DNA from: Flammeovirgaceae bacterium UBA2786
GTDB lineage: Bacteria > Bacteroidota > Bacteroidia > Cytophagales > Cyclobacteriaceae
Reading direction: 5' to 3'
DNA length: 64,000 bases
Assembly (NCBI GenBank): GCA_002352225.1
Contig: DEIA01000011.1
Location: 10,987-74,986, forward strand
A program made the position numbers and the translations under genes. The notes under the pieces were generated by a model. That model saw only the letters and a program-made list of their open reading frames with translations, did no database searches and was not told the DNA's origin. Below, one piece after another: positions 37,635 through 47,619 of this stretch; within the stretch, counting starts at the first letter, position 1, and every line of letters starts with the position of its first letter.

Positions 37635-38821
37635 TACTCAAAAAAGCAAACCGAACCACCCACCCATGTTTTATCTTTATTAAATTTCACTCCAATCATC
37701 TCGCCCCGGCTAAGGCGCGCCAGGTTAGTGATTAGTTGGGGTCTGGACTCTCCTTCATTCCATAAAAACAATAACCGGATTTCTGTTTTCACTAATCCAT
37801 CGGGGGCTTGAATAACCGGTTCGTAATGTACCTTCCGTTGCAGCATAAAGTTCTTACGGTCGGCAGCCGGAATTGAATCCAGGTCGGATTTCGTTACATG
37901 AAAAATTACTCCGCTTCCGGAAAAAGAGAAAAGCGGTTTCAATACATAGTCACCAAGGTTATCTGGCCATGACTTGTATTCATTCAGAAATTTACATTCG
38001 GGTACCGCATCACTTTGCACAAACGGCATCGTGTATTTACTAATATAAAAAAACCAGTTGGGATGCCCGGCCCATTCAACCTCTACATCTTCTGTAAGAT
38101 GGAAATTTGTTTTCAGGTCTTTTTGTGCAAGTAATTCATCAAAAATTACGCGGTTGTAAATCCGGTGAACCGGAATTTCAACTCCATTTTTCTTATAGAA
38201 TAACTTCTTGTTTCTGATAATAATATCCCCAATATGAACAGGAGCTATTCCTAAATGTTTTTGAGTAATTAAAAAATCGATAGCTGTGTTTTGTTTTAAC
38301 GGATTTATTTCCAGCAGGATTACATTTTCCGGATTGTGCTTACCTACAATGGCCTGCCTGATTCGCTGCCAATACTCGGTTGAATTTAATCCAAAATGGA
38401 AATGTAGATTATCAGGAATACGATAATGCTCTTTGAATTTATTTCCAAGAAAATCCTGATACCCAAACAAGGATGGAAATCCCTGCATTTCAATTAAGCG
38501 AGGAACACGCACCCCATTCTCTGTACACACCGCAAAGTCCAGTGCAATAAATAATGTGTTTGCTGTTTCGTTTGGTACACGCAGGTTTTCGGGCAGAGCG
38601 CCCTGCATTTTGGTTTTGAAACCCGGCCGAACTATTACATCGATAATTTCATTGGCTGCTTTAAATAGCTTTTCACCAAATTCTTTCCCTACAAACACCG
38701 GGCTTTCGGCTACCCGGAATGGAATTTTATAATTAAACTCCTGATCGAGGTCGTTTAGAAATTGTTGATAGCTATCAATCGAAAATTGTTGATTAAAAAA
38801 CTGCCGGGCCTGGGGTATCAT
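37634..38821 (-). CDS. circularly-permuted-type ATP-grasp-like protein (putative amidoligase)
   Basis: The pattern ALDFAV...PRLIEMQGFPS, PVHRIYNRVIFDEL, YVLKPLFSFSGSGVIF, MLQRKV and ARLSRGEMIGVKFN...GGS resembles CP_ATPgrasp family landmarks. 4-nt overlap with the upstream gene. Confidence 0.5.
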   Translation of the reverse strand: MIPQARQFFNQQFSIDSYQQFLNDLDQEFNYKIPFRVAESPVFVGKEFGEKLFKAANEIIDVIVRPGFKTKMQGALPENLRVPNETANTLFIALDFAVCTENGVRVPRLIEMQGFPSLFGYQDFLGNKFKEHYRIPDNLHFHFGLNSTEYWQRIRQAIVGKHNPENVILLEINPLKQNTAIDFLITQKHLGIAPVHIGDIIIRNKKLFYKKNGVEIPVHRIYNRVIFDELLAQKDLKTNFHLTEDVEVEWAGHPNWFFYISKYTMPFVQSDAVPECKFLNEYKSWPDNLGDYVLKPLFSFSGSGVIFHVTKSDLDSIPAADRKNFMLQRKVHYEPVIQAPDGLVKTEIRLLFLWNEGESRPQLITNLARLSRGEMIGVKFNKDKTWVGGSVCFFE

Positions 38822-39657
38822 ACAATTACAGAGCTTAGGCGATTACGCAAGGCTGTCATTAAGAACCGCGGCACTACTGTAGAATACGTAAGCATAATTT
38901 TATCCGGATCATTCAAATGATCAAGCATGCCCCAGTATTTATTTTCTCCATGCTTTTCAATTACCAGTTTTTTCTTGTCTTCGCGCAGTAGATACATGCG
39001 CATACCCACCGCATCGGCTTCCGGATGAAATTGCATGCCAACAATGGCTTCGTTAAACCGAATCGACATTATGGCCCGTTCCAGAATAATATGCGGCCTG
39101 AATTTTTCAATACATAATATTTCGCCACCAGAGGCTTGTATCTTTTTTATGTTGGGTTCTGTAATTTGATAATCGCGCGAATCGACTGCCCACAAAGGAT
39201 CGCCCAGCGAACGAAACAAAGGATCGTGATGGCCTGCGCTTGTTTTGTGCACAGGCATTACGCCAAATGATGTTGATTTTCTTTTTGAAACCTTTCCTAA
39301 TTCATAATGGCGGCAAAAGATCTGAAAGCTGTGGCAGATAAGAAGTACATGTTTTTTGCTTTCAGGATTTGCCTGGTTGTATGCCATAATAGAATCCATT
39401 AAGGCAAAGTATTTTTTCTCCCATATCGTGTCTGCGCTATCTAACGGACTTCCCGGGCCACCGGAAGAAATGTAAACATCAAAATTCAGATCGGGAACTT
39501 CGTCTTTAAGCCGAACATCAAATATTTTATAGTTTACCATCAAATGGCAATCGGCCTCAAATTCTTCAATTAACTGCCGAATGCCACGCATTCCTTCATT
39601 GGCCTGTCCTTCATATAAATCGAGAATGGCAATATTAATCTGAGTATCTGCTATCAC
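38818..39657 (-). CDS. class-I glutamine amidotransferase-like protein
   Basis: ISSGGPGSP, the nucleophile elbow LLICHSFQ (Cys), and GMQFHPE (His-Glu). The triad is intact. Confidence 0.8.
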   Translation of the reverse strand: MIADTQINIAILDLYEGQANEGMRGIRQLIEEFEADCHLMVNYKIFDVRLKDEVPDLNFDVYISSGGPGSPLDSADTIWEKKYFALMDSIMAYNQANPESKKHVLLICHSFQIFCRHYELGKVSKRKSTSFGVMPVHKTSAGHHDPLFRSLGDPLWAVDSRDYQITEPNIKKIQASGGEILCIEKFRPHIILERAIMSIRFNEAIVGMQFHPEADAVGMRMYLLREDKKKLVIEKHGENKYWGMLDHLNDPDKIMLTYSTVVPRFLMTALRNRLSSVIV

Positions 39658-39666
39658 GCTTTCGGG

Positions 39667-40764
39667 TTATAATCCTCGCAGGGTTTCATCGGTTATGTAA
39701 TCGACTACTTTTTCTAAACTACCTGTTTCTTTATACACAGCTAGTTGGCGGTCGGCCCCGGTTCCCTGCTCTAATATGGTGCGAATATAATTGATTGCCT
39801 TGCGGCTGCCAAGTTCATCTACTACATCATCGATAAACTCTAACAACTCCAGAATAAGTCCACGCGTGTCCAGTTCTACCTGTTTGCCAAAATCTATAAG
39901 CTTTCCGTCAAGACCATACCGTGAAGCACGCCATTTGTTTTCATTAATTAGTGCCCGCGTGTACAAAATAAAACTCATGTTTTGCAACCGTAATTTATAA
40001 AGCTTTACCACCAATGCCTGGAATACTGCGGTAATGGCAATGGTTTCTTCTACGCGCATGGGCACATCGCAAATACGAAATTCAATTGTATCAAAAAACG
40101 GATGTACGCGTACATCCCACCAGATTTTTTTTGCGTTATCGATACAGTTGGTTTGAATAAGCAGGTTTACATAGTTTTTAAAATCATCCCAGTTCTCGAA
40201 CCTATCGGGTATACCCGTACGTGGAAACTTATCAAAGACTTTTGTACGAAAAGACTTAAATCCGGTATTACGCCCCTCCCAGAAAGGCGAGTTGCAACTG
40301 AGGGCATACACATGTGGTAAAAAGTAGCGCACCGTGTTTTGAATATGAATAGCCATATTCTTGTCTTTGATACCTACATGCACATGTAATCCAAAAATAA
40401 GATTAGAACGGGCAGCCTCCTGCATTTCCTGCACAATCTCATCGTACCGTGGATTGGGTGTAATCAATTGCTTGCTCCAGTGCGAAAAGGGATGGGTACC
40501 CGAAGCTCCGATCTTTAATCCAAGCGTACCTGCCACTTCGCTAACTACTTTGCGCAACGTTGCAATTTCTTGATAGGCCTGCGTAACATCTTTACAAATG
40601 CCGGTACCTACTTCCACTACTGCCTGGTGCATTTCGGCTTTTACACTATCATTCCCTACATGTGCAGCCAACTCTACTATTTTTTGATCGTGCGAAGTAA
40701 GCTCCCGCGTGTGCGGGTCAATTACCATGTACTCTTCTTCAACACCCAGTGTAAAACTCTCCAT
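39667..40764 (-). CDS. carboxylate-amine ligase, glutamate-cysteine ligase family 2 (YbdK-like)
   Basis: N-terminus FTLGVEEEYMVIDP, plus GTHPF and LHVHVGI motifs characteristic of GCS2/YbdK. Confidence 0.85.
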   Translation of the reverse strand: MESFTLGVEEEYMVIDPHTRELTSHDQKIVELAAHVGNDSVKAEMHQAVVEVGTGICKDVTQAYQEIATLRKVVSEVAGTLGLKIGASGTHPFSHWSKQLITPNPRYDEIVQEMQEAARSNLIFGLHVHVGIKDKNMAIHIQNTVRYFLPHVYALSCNSPFWEGRNTGFKSFRTKVFDKFPRTGIPDRFENWDDFKNYVNLLIQTNCIDNAKKIWWDVRVHPFFDTIEFRICDVPMRVEETIAITAVFQALVVKLYKLRLQNMSFILYTRALINENKWRASRYGLDGKLIDFGKQVELDTRGLILELLEFIDDVVDELGSRKAINYIRTILEQGTGADRQLAVYKETGSLEKVVDYITDETLRGL

Positions 40765-40791
40765 AAGCCAACAAAGAATTAAATCGTATAA

Positions 40792-41811
40792 TTATTTTTT
40801 AGAAGATTTAGGTTTTGATTCTTTAGCCGAAACTTTAGCCACCTTTGGTTTTACCTGGCCTGCTTCAAATGAAGCTACTGAACTGGTAATAAACGTTCCC
40901 CACGTAAGGTTGTCTTTGCCGGGTTTTTGAATTTGTGCACGTTCCACAGCTATTTTAGCAGCGTGCTCTACTACCCAGTCAAAATTTTCCTGGCCTACCG
41001 ATGTTACCTCTGCATCGGGGGCAGGGTTACAAAAATCTATGGCATATGGAACCCCATTGCGCACGGCCAGCTCTACAGTATTAAAATCGTACCCAAGCGC
41101 ATTACATAAATCCAAAACATAATCGTGCACCTTCTTTAATAATTTTTCTGATGCCGGGCCATTGTTGCTTTGATACCGAAGATGATGCGGGTTGCGCGGT
41201 TCATATTGCATAATGCGTACATACTTTCGGCCCAGGCAATAGCATCGGAAATAATCTTCGAAGATAATTTCTTCCTGCAGCATCATCACCAACTGACCGG
41301 TTTCTGCATAGGCTTTAAAGAAATCATCCTTGTTATTGAGTTTGTACACACTCTTCCAGCCACCACCGGCATGGGGTTTCATGTATGCCGGCCAGCCAAT
41401 GTGGTCGAATATTTTTTCCCAGCTAAGCGGAAATTTCAGATTGCTAAAAGATGCTTCGCCTGTATCGGTTGGGCGTTCGTGCGAGGGAAGGATTACCGTT
41501 TTGGGCACGGGTACACCAATCTTTACGGCTAATGCGTTGTTAAAAAATTTCTCATCTGCGCTCCACCAAAATGGATTATTAATTACAGCAGTACCCGATA
41601 TGGCAGCGTTTTTTAAATAGGCCCGGTAAAAGGGAACGTCTTGCGAGATACGGTCTATGATAACTGCAAATTCTGTTGGTTCGGCCTGGCTCACCATGTC
41701 TACTTGCACAGGTTCGGCTTTAATGTCTTTTAATCCCATTTTATTAATGCGCTCTACAAATGCATCCGGAAAAGAGCGTTCCATACCGTGCAGAATTCCA
41801 ATCTTTTTCAT
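40792..41811 (-). CDS. ATP-grasp protein (RimK / glutathione-synthetase-like) with a Lys-rich tail
   Basis: Pre-ATP-grasp plus ATP-grasp pattern (DRISQD..., KIGVPVPKT, PAYMKPHAGGGWKSVYK, MLQEEI, ELAVRNG.PYAIDFCN). C-terminal KPKVAKVSAKESKPKSSKK. Confidence 0.7.
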   Translation of the reverse strand: MKKIGILHGMERSFPDAFVERINKMGLKDIKAEPVQVDMVSQAEPTEFAVIIDRISQDVPFYRAYLKNAAISGTAVINNPFWWSADEKFFNNALAVKIGVPVPKTVILPSHERPTDTGEASFSNLKFPLSWEKIFDHIGWPAYMKPHAGGGWKSVYKLNNKDDFFKAYAETGQLVMMLQEEIIFEDYFRCYCLGRKYVRIMQYEPRNPHHLRYQSNNGPASEKLLKKVHDYVLDLCNALGYDFNTVELAVRNGVPYAIDFCNPAPDAEVTSVGQENFDWVVEHAAKIAVERAQIQKPGKDNLTWGTFITSSVASFEAGQVKPKVAKVSAKESKPKSSKK

Positions 41812-41845
41812 GTGTACTGGTTTTTTGGTTCAACTTATTTTTTAA

Positions 41846-42556
41846 TTATCGGATAAGAGAAAGGTAATGCGGAAACATTTCGCGCCACGCGGGCCAATCG
41901 TGAGGTGCATTCTGGCGAACATCTAACCAATAGTTAACTCCCTTGTTCTGAAGGATGTTGGCCATCTTTACGTTTGCATCCCAGCACATATCGTGTGTGC
42001 CTGTACCCAGTACTACGTACATATCGGCAAAGAATGGGTTGCTTGCACTGGGTATAAAATCAAGTGGATTATTAAAATACACATTATCATCGTAGTAGCC
42101 ATCCAGCTGATCTTTAATATCGAAAGCTGCTCCCATATTAAATACATATTTTACTACTTCAGGATGTTTGAACGCAAAGTTAGTTGCATGATACCCACCA
42201 AAGCTACAGCCGGCTGTGGCTACCCGCCTTACGCCCGTTTCGTGTTGGGCAAGGGGCACAAGCTCCTCTAACAGCATCAAATCGTACCAGATATGATTGC
42301 GAACTCGGTCGGCCGGATGGATGTTTTTGTTATACCAACTCGTTTCGTCAATGCCATCTACACAATAAATTTTTACCAGGCCTTCGTCTAAAAACCACGC
42401 TACGCTATCAATCAATTTAAAATCTTTGTTCTCGTTATAGTGCCCCATTGAAGTGGGAAATAAGATTACCGGATACCCGCGTGTACCAAAACTTAACACT
42501 TCAATATCGCGGCTAAGGCGGGGAGAATACCATTTATGATAATGTTCGTGCGGCAT
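41846..42556 (-). CDS. esterase-family alpha/beta hydrolase, first gene of the operon
   Basis: Esterase-D-like fold pattern with the nucleophile elbow GCSFGG and a C-terminal HDW(P) His. Confidence 0.7.
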   Translation of the reverse strand: MPHEHYHKWYSPRLSRDIEVLSFGTRGYPVILFPTSMGHYNENKDFKLIDSVAWFLDEGLVKIYCVDGIDETSWYNKNIHPADRVRNHIWYDLMLLEELVPLAQHETGVRRVATAGCSFGGYHATNFAFKHPEVVKYVFNMGAAFDIKDQLDGYYDDNVYFNNPLDFIPSASNPFFADMYVVLGTGTHDMCWDANVKMANILQNKGVNYWLDVRQNAPHDWPAWREMFPHYLSLIR

Positions 42557-42649
42557 AGGCTGGTAAAGTTCTTATTTTTGGGCTGGTAATTTTCTGTTGA
42601 AAATCGGAAATGCCTTTTAAAATAACTATCTAATTTAATTATTTCATTC

Positions 42650-43474
42650 TTGCCGCAGGTTGCACACTATCATCTCGAGAAACTTACCGATATACACTCT
42701 AAGCTACTGGCACGCGACACTGTGGTGGATATTCTGCTTCCATCAGATTATGCCAAAACCGATAGCCTATACCCACTTTTGATCTTAAATGATGGCCAGG
42801 ACAGTGAACGCATTGGCCTTAAGAAAACGGTTGAGCAACTGGTGCACAGACATGAAATTGAAGATATTATTATTGTGGCTGTGCATGCAGGCGACCGCAT
42901 GCAGGAATACGGGGTGGCTGCACGATCTGATTTTAAGAAAAGAGGAGGCAAAGCTAAAGACTATACACGGTTTATTATTACCGAGTTAATTCCTTACCTG
43001 GAATACCGTTACCCGGTTTCAAAACAAGCCGCGCAGCGAGCCATTGCCGGATTTTCGCTGGGTGGGCTTTCCGCTCTGGATATTGCATGGCACAATGAAT
43101 ATTTTGGTAAGATTGGCGCTTTTAGCGGATCTTTCTGGTGGCGTAAGCGCGATTCCTCCAGTCGGTTTTACTCCGAACATTACGATCGTATTATGCATCA
43201 GCAAATCCGGAAAGGAAAATACCGGCCAGGATTAAAATTCTGGTTTCAAACCGGGCTGCTCGATGAGCAGAGTGATCGGAACAAAAACGGGGTAATTGAT
43301 TCTATTGACGACACCTTAGACCTGATCGTGGAATTAACTAAAAAAGGGTATCGCCCCTTTCATGATATCCAATACCTTGAACTACCCGATGGCGCACATG
43401 ATTTGCCCACCTGGGGTCGTACCTTGCCAACGTTTTTGAAGTGGGCTTTTGGAACTACTAAACCTGTAAAATGA
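42650..43474 (+). CDS. esterase-family alpha/beta hydrolase (enterochelin-esterase-like)
   Basis: PLLILNDGQD, the nucleophile elbow GFSLGG, and a C-terminal DGAHD. TTG start. Divergent from the amidoligase operon. Confidence 0.7.
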   Translation: MPQVAHYHLEKLTDIHSKLLARDTVVDILLPSDYAKTDSLYPLLILNDGQDSERIGLKKTVEQLVHRHEIEDIIIVAVHAGDRMQEYGVAARSDFKKRGGKAKDYTRFIITELIPYLEYRYPVSKQAAQRAIAGFSLGGLSALDIAWHNEYFGKIGAFSGSFWWRKRDSSSRFYSEHYDRIMHQQIRKGKYRPGLKFWFQTGLLDEQSDRNKNGVIDSIDDTLDLIVELTKKGYRPFHDIQYLELPDGAHDLPTWGRTLPTFLKWAFGTTKPVK

Positions 43475-44088
43475 CAACCGTTAACACTATTGTATTTGAC
43501 CTTGGTGCCGTACTAATCGATTGGAATCCCCGACATCTCTATCGTAAAATTTTTAAAACCGAAGAAGAAGTAACCTGGTTTTTGGAAAACATTTGCACGC
43601 ACGATTGGAACGAGAAACAAGATGCAGGTAGGCCTTTCGAAGAAGCTACTAATGAATTGCTTGCAAAATTTCCGGCATACGAAATTCCCATTCGCGCCTG
43701 GTACGGTCGTTGGCAGGAAACCATCAGTGGCCCCATTCAGGGCACGGTTGACATACTTACGCAGATGCGCGACTCTAAAAGGTTTAAACTTTATGCCCTC
43801 ACCAATTGGTCGGCCGAAACATTTCCATGGGCTTTAGAAAAGTTTGAGTTTCTCTCGTGGTTTGATGGCATCGTGGTTTCGGGCCATGAAAAAACCCGCA
43901 AACCATTTCCTGAATTTTTTCAGATTTTGTTTGATCGGTATACCATTAACCCTGCACAAGCCTTATTTATTGACGACAGCCAGCGCAATATTAATGGGGC
44001 AATGGAGGTGGGGCTGCCGGGCATTCATTTTCAATCGCCCGAACAATTAAAAACAGAACTTATTAAAAGAGGTATTCTTATTTCTTAA
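43471..44088 (+). CDS. HAD-superfamily hydrolase (subfamily IA-like)
   Basis: VFDLGAVLIDW (DxG/DxD-type motif I), LTNWS (motif II) and FIDDS (motif IV). 4-nt overlap with the upstream esterase. Confidence 0.8.
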   Translation: MTTVNTIVFDLGAVLIDWNPRHLYRKIFKTEEEVTWFLENICTHDWNEKQDAGRPFEEATNELLAKFPAYEIPIRAWYGRWQETISGPIQGTVDILTQMRDSKRFKLYALTNWSAETFPWALEKFEFLSWFDGIVVSGHEKTRKPFPEFFQILFDRYTINPAQALFIDDSQRNINGAMEVGLPGIHFQSPEQLKTELIKRGILIS

Positions 44089-44132
44089 TTGTAACATTTG
44101 ATTTGATAAACTGACCTCCCAATAGTAAAACT

Positions 44133-44882
44133 ATGAAACATTTTTTTCGCACTGTTTTGTTAGCCATGTTATTTGTTACCTGTAAATCATCTGTAGAAAA
44201 TAAGGTTGATTTAATTGCGCTTACCCAGCAAATAGTTGGTGTGTACGAAGCCTCGTTGCCCTGCAATGGCTGCATTAGCATCGAATATCAGTTAGAGCTG
44301 GAATCTGACTCTACATTTATTGAACATATCTCTTACCTGGGTAACCCCGATGGGAATTACGAAGTACATGGTAAGTGGGGTATTGAAAGCGATTCTTTAA
44401 TTACACTTTATCCGGGCCGGTTAGCGTATAAAATAAAAGCAAATGCAAATGGAAGTTTAACCATTACCGATGCCATTGAAAATCATCTTGAAAGTCAACC
44501 TGCTATTTTAGAACGATTAGGAACCGTTCAAAAAACAGATGCAGCTGTTTTACTTAACGATATCTGGGTACTGGAAGCAATTGATCAGACGGAGGTAGCC
44601 GAAGCTGATTATGACCACGAACGCCCACGACTGGAATTTCAAAAAGCTGAGGGAAAAGTGACGGGCACCACCGGTTGCAATCAATTAATGGGAACCTACA
44701 CAACACAAGGCAACAACATTGCTTTTGGTCCAATGGCCCTTACTAAAAGAGCTTGCCCCGGTAATCTTGAAGATCAATTTATTCAAGCTCTGCATGAAGT
44801 ATCTGGCTTTACGATTGCAAACCTGAAACTGTACCTGCTATCCGGCAGCGCAGAGAAATTGCGATTCAGAAAAGTAGATTGA
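44133..44882 (+). CDS. lipoprotein fusing an NlpE-N-like domain to a META domain
   Basis: Lipobox LFVTC. YEASLPCNGCISIEYQLEL matches the NlpE N-terminal CxxC module. The C-terminal half has the META pattern GTTGCNQLMGTY...TKRAC. Confidence 0.7.
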   Translation: MKHFFRTVLLAMLFVTCKSSVENKVDLIALTQQIVGVYEASLPCNGCISIEYQLELESDSTFIEHISYLGNPDGNYEVHGKWGIESDSLITLYPGRLAYKIKANANGSLTITDAIENHLESQPAILERLGTVQKTDAAVLLNDIWVLEAIDQTEVAEADYDHERPRLEFQKAEGKVTGTTGCNQLMGTYTTQGNNIAFGPMALTKRACPGNLEDQFIQALHEVSGFTIANLKLYLLSGSAEKLRFRKVD

Positions 44883-44891
44883 TTATTTTTT

Positions 44892-46121
44892 TTAAGCCAG
44901 TATTACGCTTTCAATTATATCGCAACATTCGTGAATCTGTTCTTCGGTAATCACCAAAGGAGGCGCCAACCGGATAATGTTACCATGTGTAGGCTTGGCC
45001 AGTAAACCCTTCTCCGCAAACTTCAGGCAAAGATTCCAGGCCGTTTCACTTTCGGAACTGTCGTTTACCACAATAGCATTCAGTAGTCCTTTGCCCCGAA
45101 CTAACGTAATGAGTTTGGTTTTTTTCATTAGCTCCTTCATGCGATTGCGAAATATATCGCCTAATCGATTGGCATTATCAGCCAGGTTTTCATCTTTTAC
45201 TACTTGTAATGCCTCAACCACAACAGCAGCAGCTAACGGGTTTCCTCCAAATGTTGAACCATGCTCGCCCGGTTTAATCACCAGCATAATATCATCATCG
45301 GCCAATACTACCGAAATGGGTAGCACTCCGCCAGACAGTGCTTTGCCCAATATGAGCAAATCAGGTCTTACTTCTTCGTACGCGCTGGCTAACATTTTAC
45401 CCGTACGCGCAATACCTGTTTGAATCTCATCCATCATCAGCAACACGTTATGTTGCTTACATAAATTTGCAGCCGCTTTTAGGTAGCCGTCTTTGGGTAC
45501 ATACACTCCTGCTTCGCCTTGAATGGGCTCAATCCACAAGCCGCATACATTTGGATTACCTAATGCTTTTTGCAGTGCAACAACATCATCGTAATCGATA
45601 ATTTCAAAGCCTGGCATAAATGGGCCAAATCCCTTTCTGGCCGATGGATCGCTTGATGCTGATATAATGGTAGTGGTGCGGCCATGAAAATTTTTGTGTG
45701 CTACTACAATTACAGCCTTGTTGTCTTCTATTCCTTTTTTGGTGTAGCCCCATTTACGGGCCAGCTTAATGGCTGTTTCGTTTGCCTCGGCCCCGCTGTT
45801 CATAAACAGGGCTTTGTCATATCCAAATGTATCGCACACGTATTTTTCAGCCACACCAAGTTTATCGTTATAAAAAGCCCGCGAAGTAAGTGTTAGTTCT
45901 TTGGCTTGTTCAATCAGCGCATTTATTATTCGCGGATGGCAATGCCCCTGGTTTACGGCACTATATGCAGAAAGGAAATCGTAATAGCGTTTGCCCTCCA
46001 CATCCCACAAAAAAACCCCTTCGCCTCGGGTAAGTACTACCGGCAAGGGATGGTAGTTATGCGCTCCAAATTTTTCTTCTAAATCTATCGCCTCCTGGCT
46101 GGATGTAATTGTGCTTACCAT
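44892..46121 (-). CDS. rocD: ornithine aminotransferase
   Basis: Class-III aminotransferase with [10 protein letters not shown]...[31 protein letters not shown], typical of RocD. Confidence 0.88.
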   Translation of the reverse strand: MVSTITSSQEAIDLEEKFGAHNYHPLPVVLTRGEGVFLWDVEGKRYYDFLSAYSAVNQGHCHPRIINALIEQAKELTLTSRAFYNDKLGVAEKYVCDTFGYDKALFMNSGAEANETAIKLARKWGYTKKGIEDNKAVIVVAHKNFHGRTTTIISASSDPSARKGFGPFMPGFEIIDYDDVVALQKALGNPNVCGLWIEPIQGEAGVYVPKDGYLKAAANLCKQHNVLLMMDEIQTGIARTGKMLASAYEEVRPDLLILGKALSGGVLPISVVLADDDIMLVIKPGEHGSTFGGNPLAAAVVVEALQVVKDENLADNANRLGDIFRNRMKELMKKTKLITLVRGKGLLNAIVVNDSSESETAWNLCLKFAEKGLLAKPTHGNIIRLAPPLVITEEQIHECCDIIESVILA

Positions 46122-46197
46122 AACCGCAAATTTTAATTACCAAAGATAAAAAATTATAGGCAAGGACTAAGCACTTAGTTTTGTAACCACCCCTCCA

Positions 46198-47607
46198 ATG
46201 CACTACCTTTGGTCATTATTTTTTAAACTACGTATGGATATTTTTTTAGATAACACACGCAGGCTGTTTGATACCCTGAAGTCGCTTAGCTGGTGGAGCC
46301 GGTTGTTTGGCTGGGGCCAGGTTAAGTCTCAATTAATTGAGGCCAATGGCGAGTTGCAAAAACTTAATGCTACCGCTACAACTATTAAAGCAGAAAATAC
46401 AAGACTGGAAAACTCTCTTTCGATAGAGCGTGTAGCTCTAAAAAATGTGCAGGATGGTTTTAATCGGGTAAACACCGAACTGGAAGTATTTAAAAATTCG
46501 CAGCATCATCAAACTGAAAAGCTAAAAGAATTTCAGGACAAAAATGTAACACTCGAAACCCTTAATAACCAATACCTGAAGCGAGGCCAGGAGTTAGCCA
46601 ACGATTTGAATGGATTAAAGCAAAAACTGGAAACACTGGATAAAAACCTTCAGGAAATTAAAGAAGAGAATAGTAAATTAAAAAAGGAAGACGAGTTTCG
46701 CAGACAAGAACATTCTAATGCAATGACATCGTTGCGCGAAATTCAACGTAAAATTCAGGACGACCGTGAACAGGAACTACTCGTCAAAAACCAAACAGAG
46801 ATACTTCGCATTCGAAAACTGAAAGAAACCTGGCTGAAGCATGAAGAAAATGTAAAAAACCGCATGCGGGCTATTTGTCATCGGCATGGTATCGAGTACG
46901 TAGACAAAGTGCCGTTTAAGGGCAAGCCCGATAACACCGTACGCATTAATGATGAGTACATCATATTCGATGCCAAGAGCCCGGCTGGCGATGATCTGTC
47001 TAACTTTCCATCGTATGTTAAAGCACAGGCTGAAAGCGCCATGAAGTATGTGAAAGAAGAGGGCGTGCGTAAAGAAGTATTTTTGGTGGTGCCCACTAAT
47101 ACGCTGGAGTATTTAGAGACGTTTGAATACCGGCTCAGTGATTATACTGTTTACGTAATCTCGCTCGATTCCGCAGAACCTATGTTACTTACGCTAAGGC
47201 GGATTGAAGAATATGAATTTGCTGAACAGATGAGCCCCGAAGAACGCGAAAATATTTGTCGCGTAATTGGCAAGTTTGTTCATTTAAGCAAGCGCAGAAT
47301 TCAGATTGATGGTTTCTTTGCCAAACAGTTTTTTGAATTAGTCTATCGCACGGAAGCCGATCTTTCAAAAGAATTTTTAGAGAAAGTGGCCGAATTCGAA
47401 AAATCAGAAAAGCTAAATCCACCTCAGGAAAAACGCCAAAAGCAAATTAGCACAAAAGAACTTGAAACGGATGCTGAAAAAATTCAAGGTGAAGCTCAGC
47501 AAAAAGGAATTGACATGCACGACAACGTGCTGGTTAAAGAAATAAATAAACTTCCGTTATACGCCACAACCGAAACGGATAAACAACAACAAGATTTATT
47601 TGATTAA
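46198..47607 (+). CDS. coiled-coil protein with a putative PD-(D/E)xK nuclease core (RmuC-like architecture)
   Basis: A coiled-coil region about 170 aa long, followed by KPDNTVRINDEYIIFDAKSP (PD ... D-A-K). This is analogous to the RmuC motif layout. Confidence 0.5.
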   Translation: MHYLWSLFFKLRMDIFLDNTRRLFDTLKSLSWWSRLFGWGQVKSQLIEANGELQKLNATATTIKAENTRLENSLSIERVALKNVQDGFNRVNTELEVFKNSQHHQTEKLKEFQDKNVTLETLNNQYLKRGQELANDLNGLKQKLETLDKNLQEIKEENSKLKKEDEFRRQEHSNAMTSLREIQRKIQDDREQELLVKNQTEILRIRKLKETWLKHEENVKNRMRAICHRHGIEYVDKVPFKGKPDNTVRINDEYIIFDAKSPAGDDLSNFPSYVKAQAESAMKYVKEEGVRKEVFLVVPTNTLEYLETFEYRLSDYTVYVISLDSAEPMLLTLRRIEEYEFAEQMSPEERENICRVIGKFVHLSKRRIQIDGFFAKQFFELVYRTEADLSKEFLEKVAEFEKSEKLNPPQEKRQKQISTKELETDAEKIQGEAQQKGIDMHDNVLVKEINKLPLYATTETDKQQQDLFD

Positions 47608-47619
47608 AATCCATATACT

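Noticed and set aside
44977-45423. A 148-aa ORF antisense to rocD.
   Set aside because: It overlaps a strongly supported aminotransferase gene. Ser/Ala/Phe-rich with no motifs.
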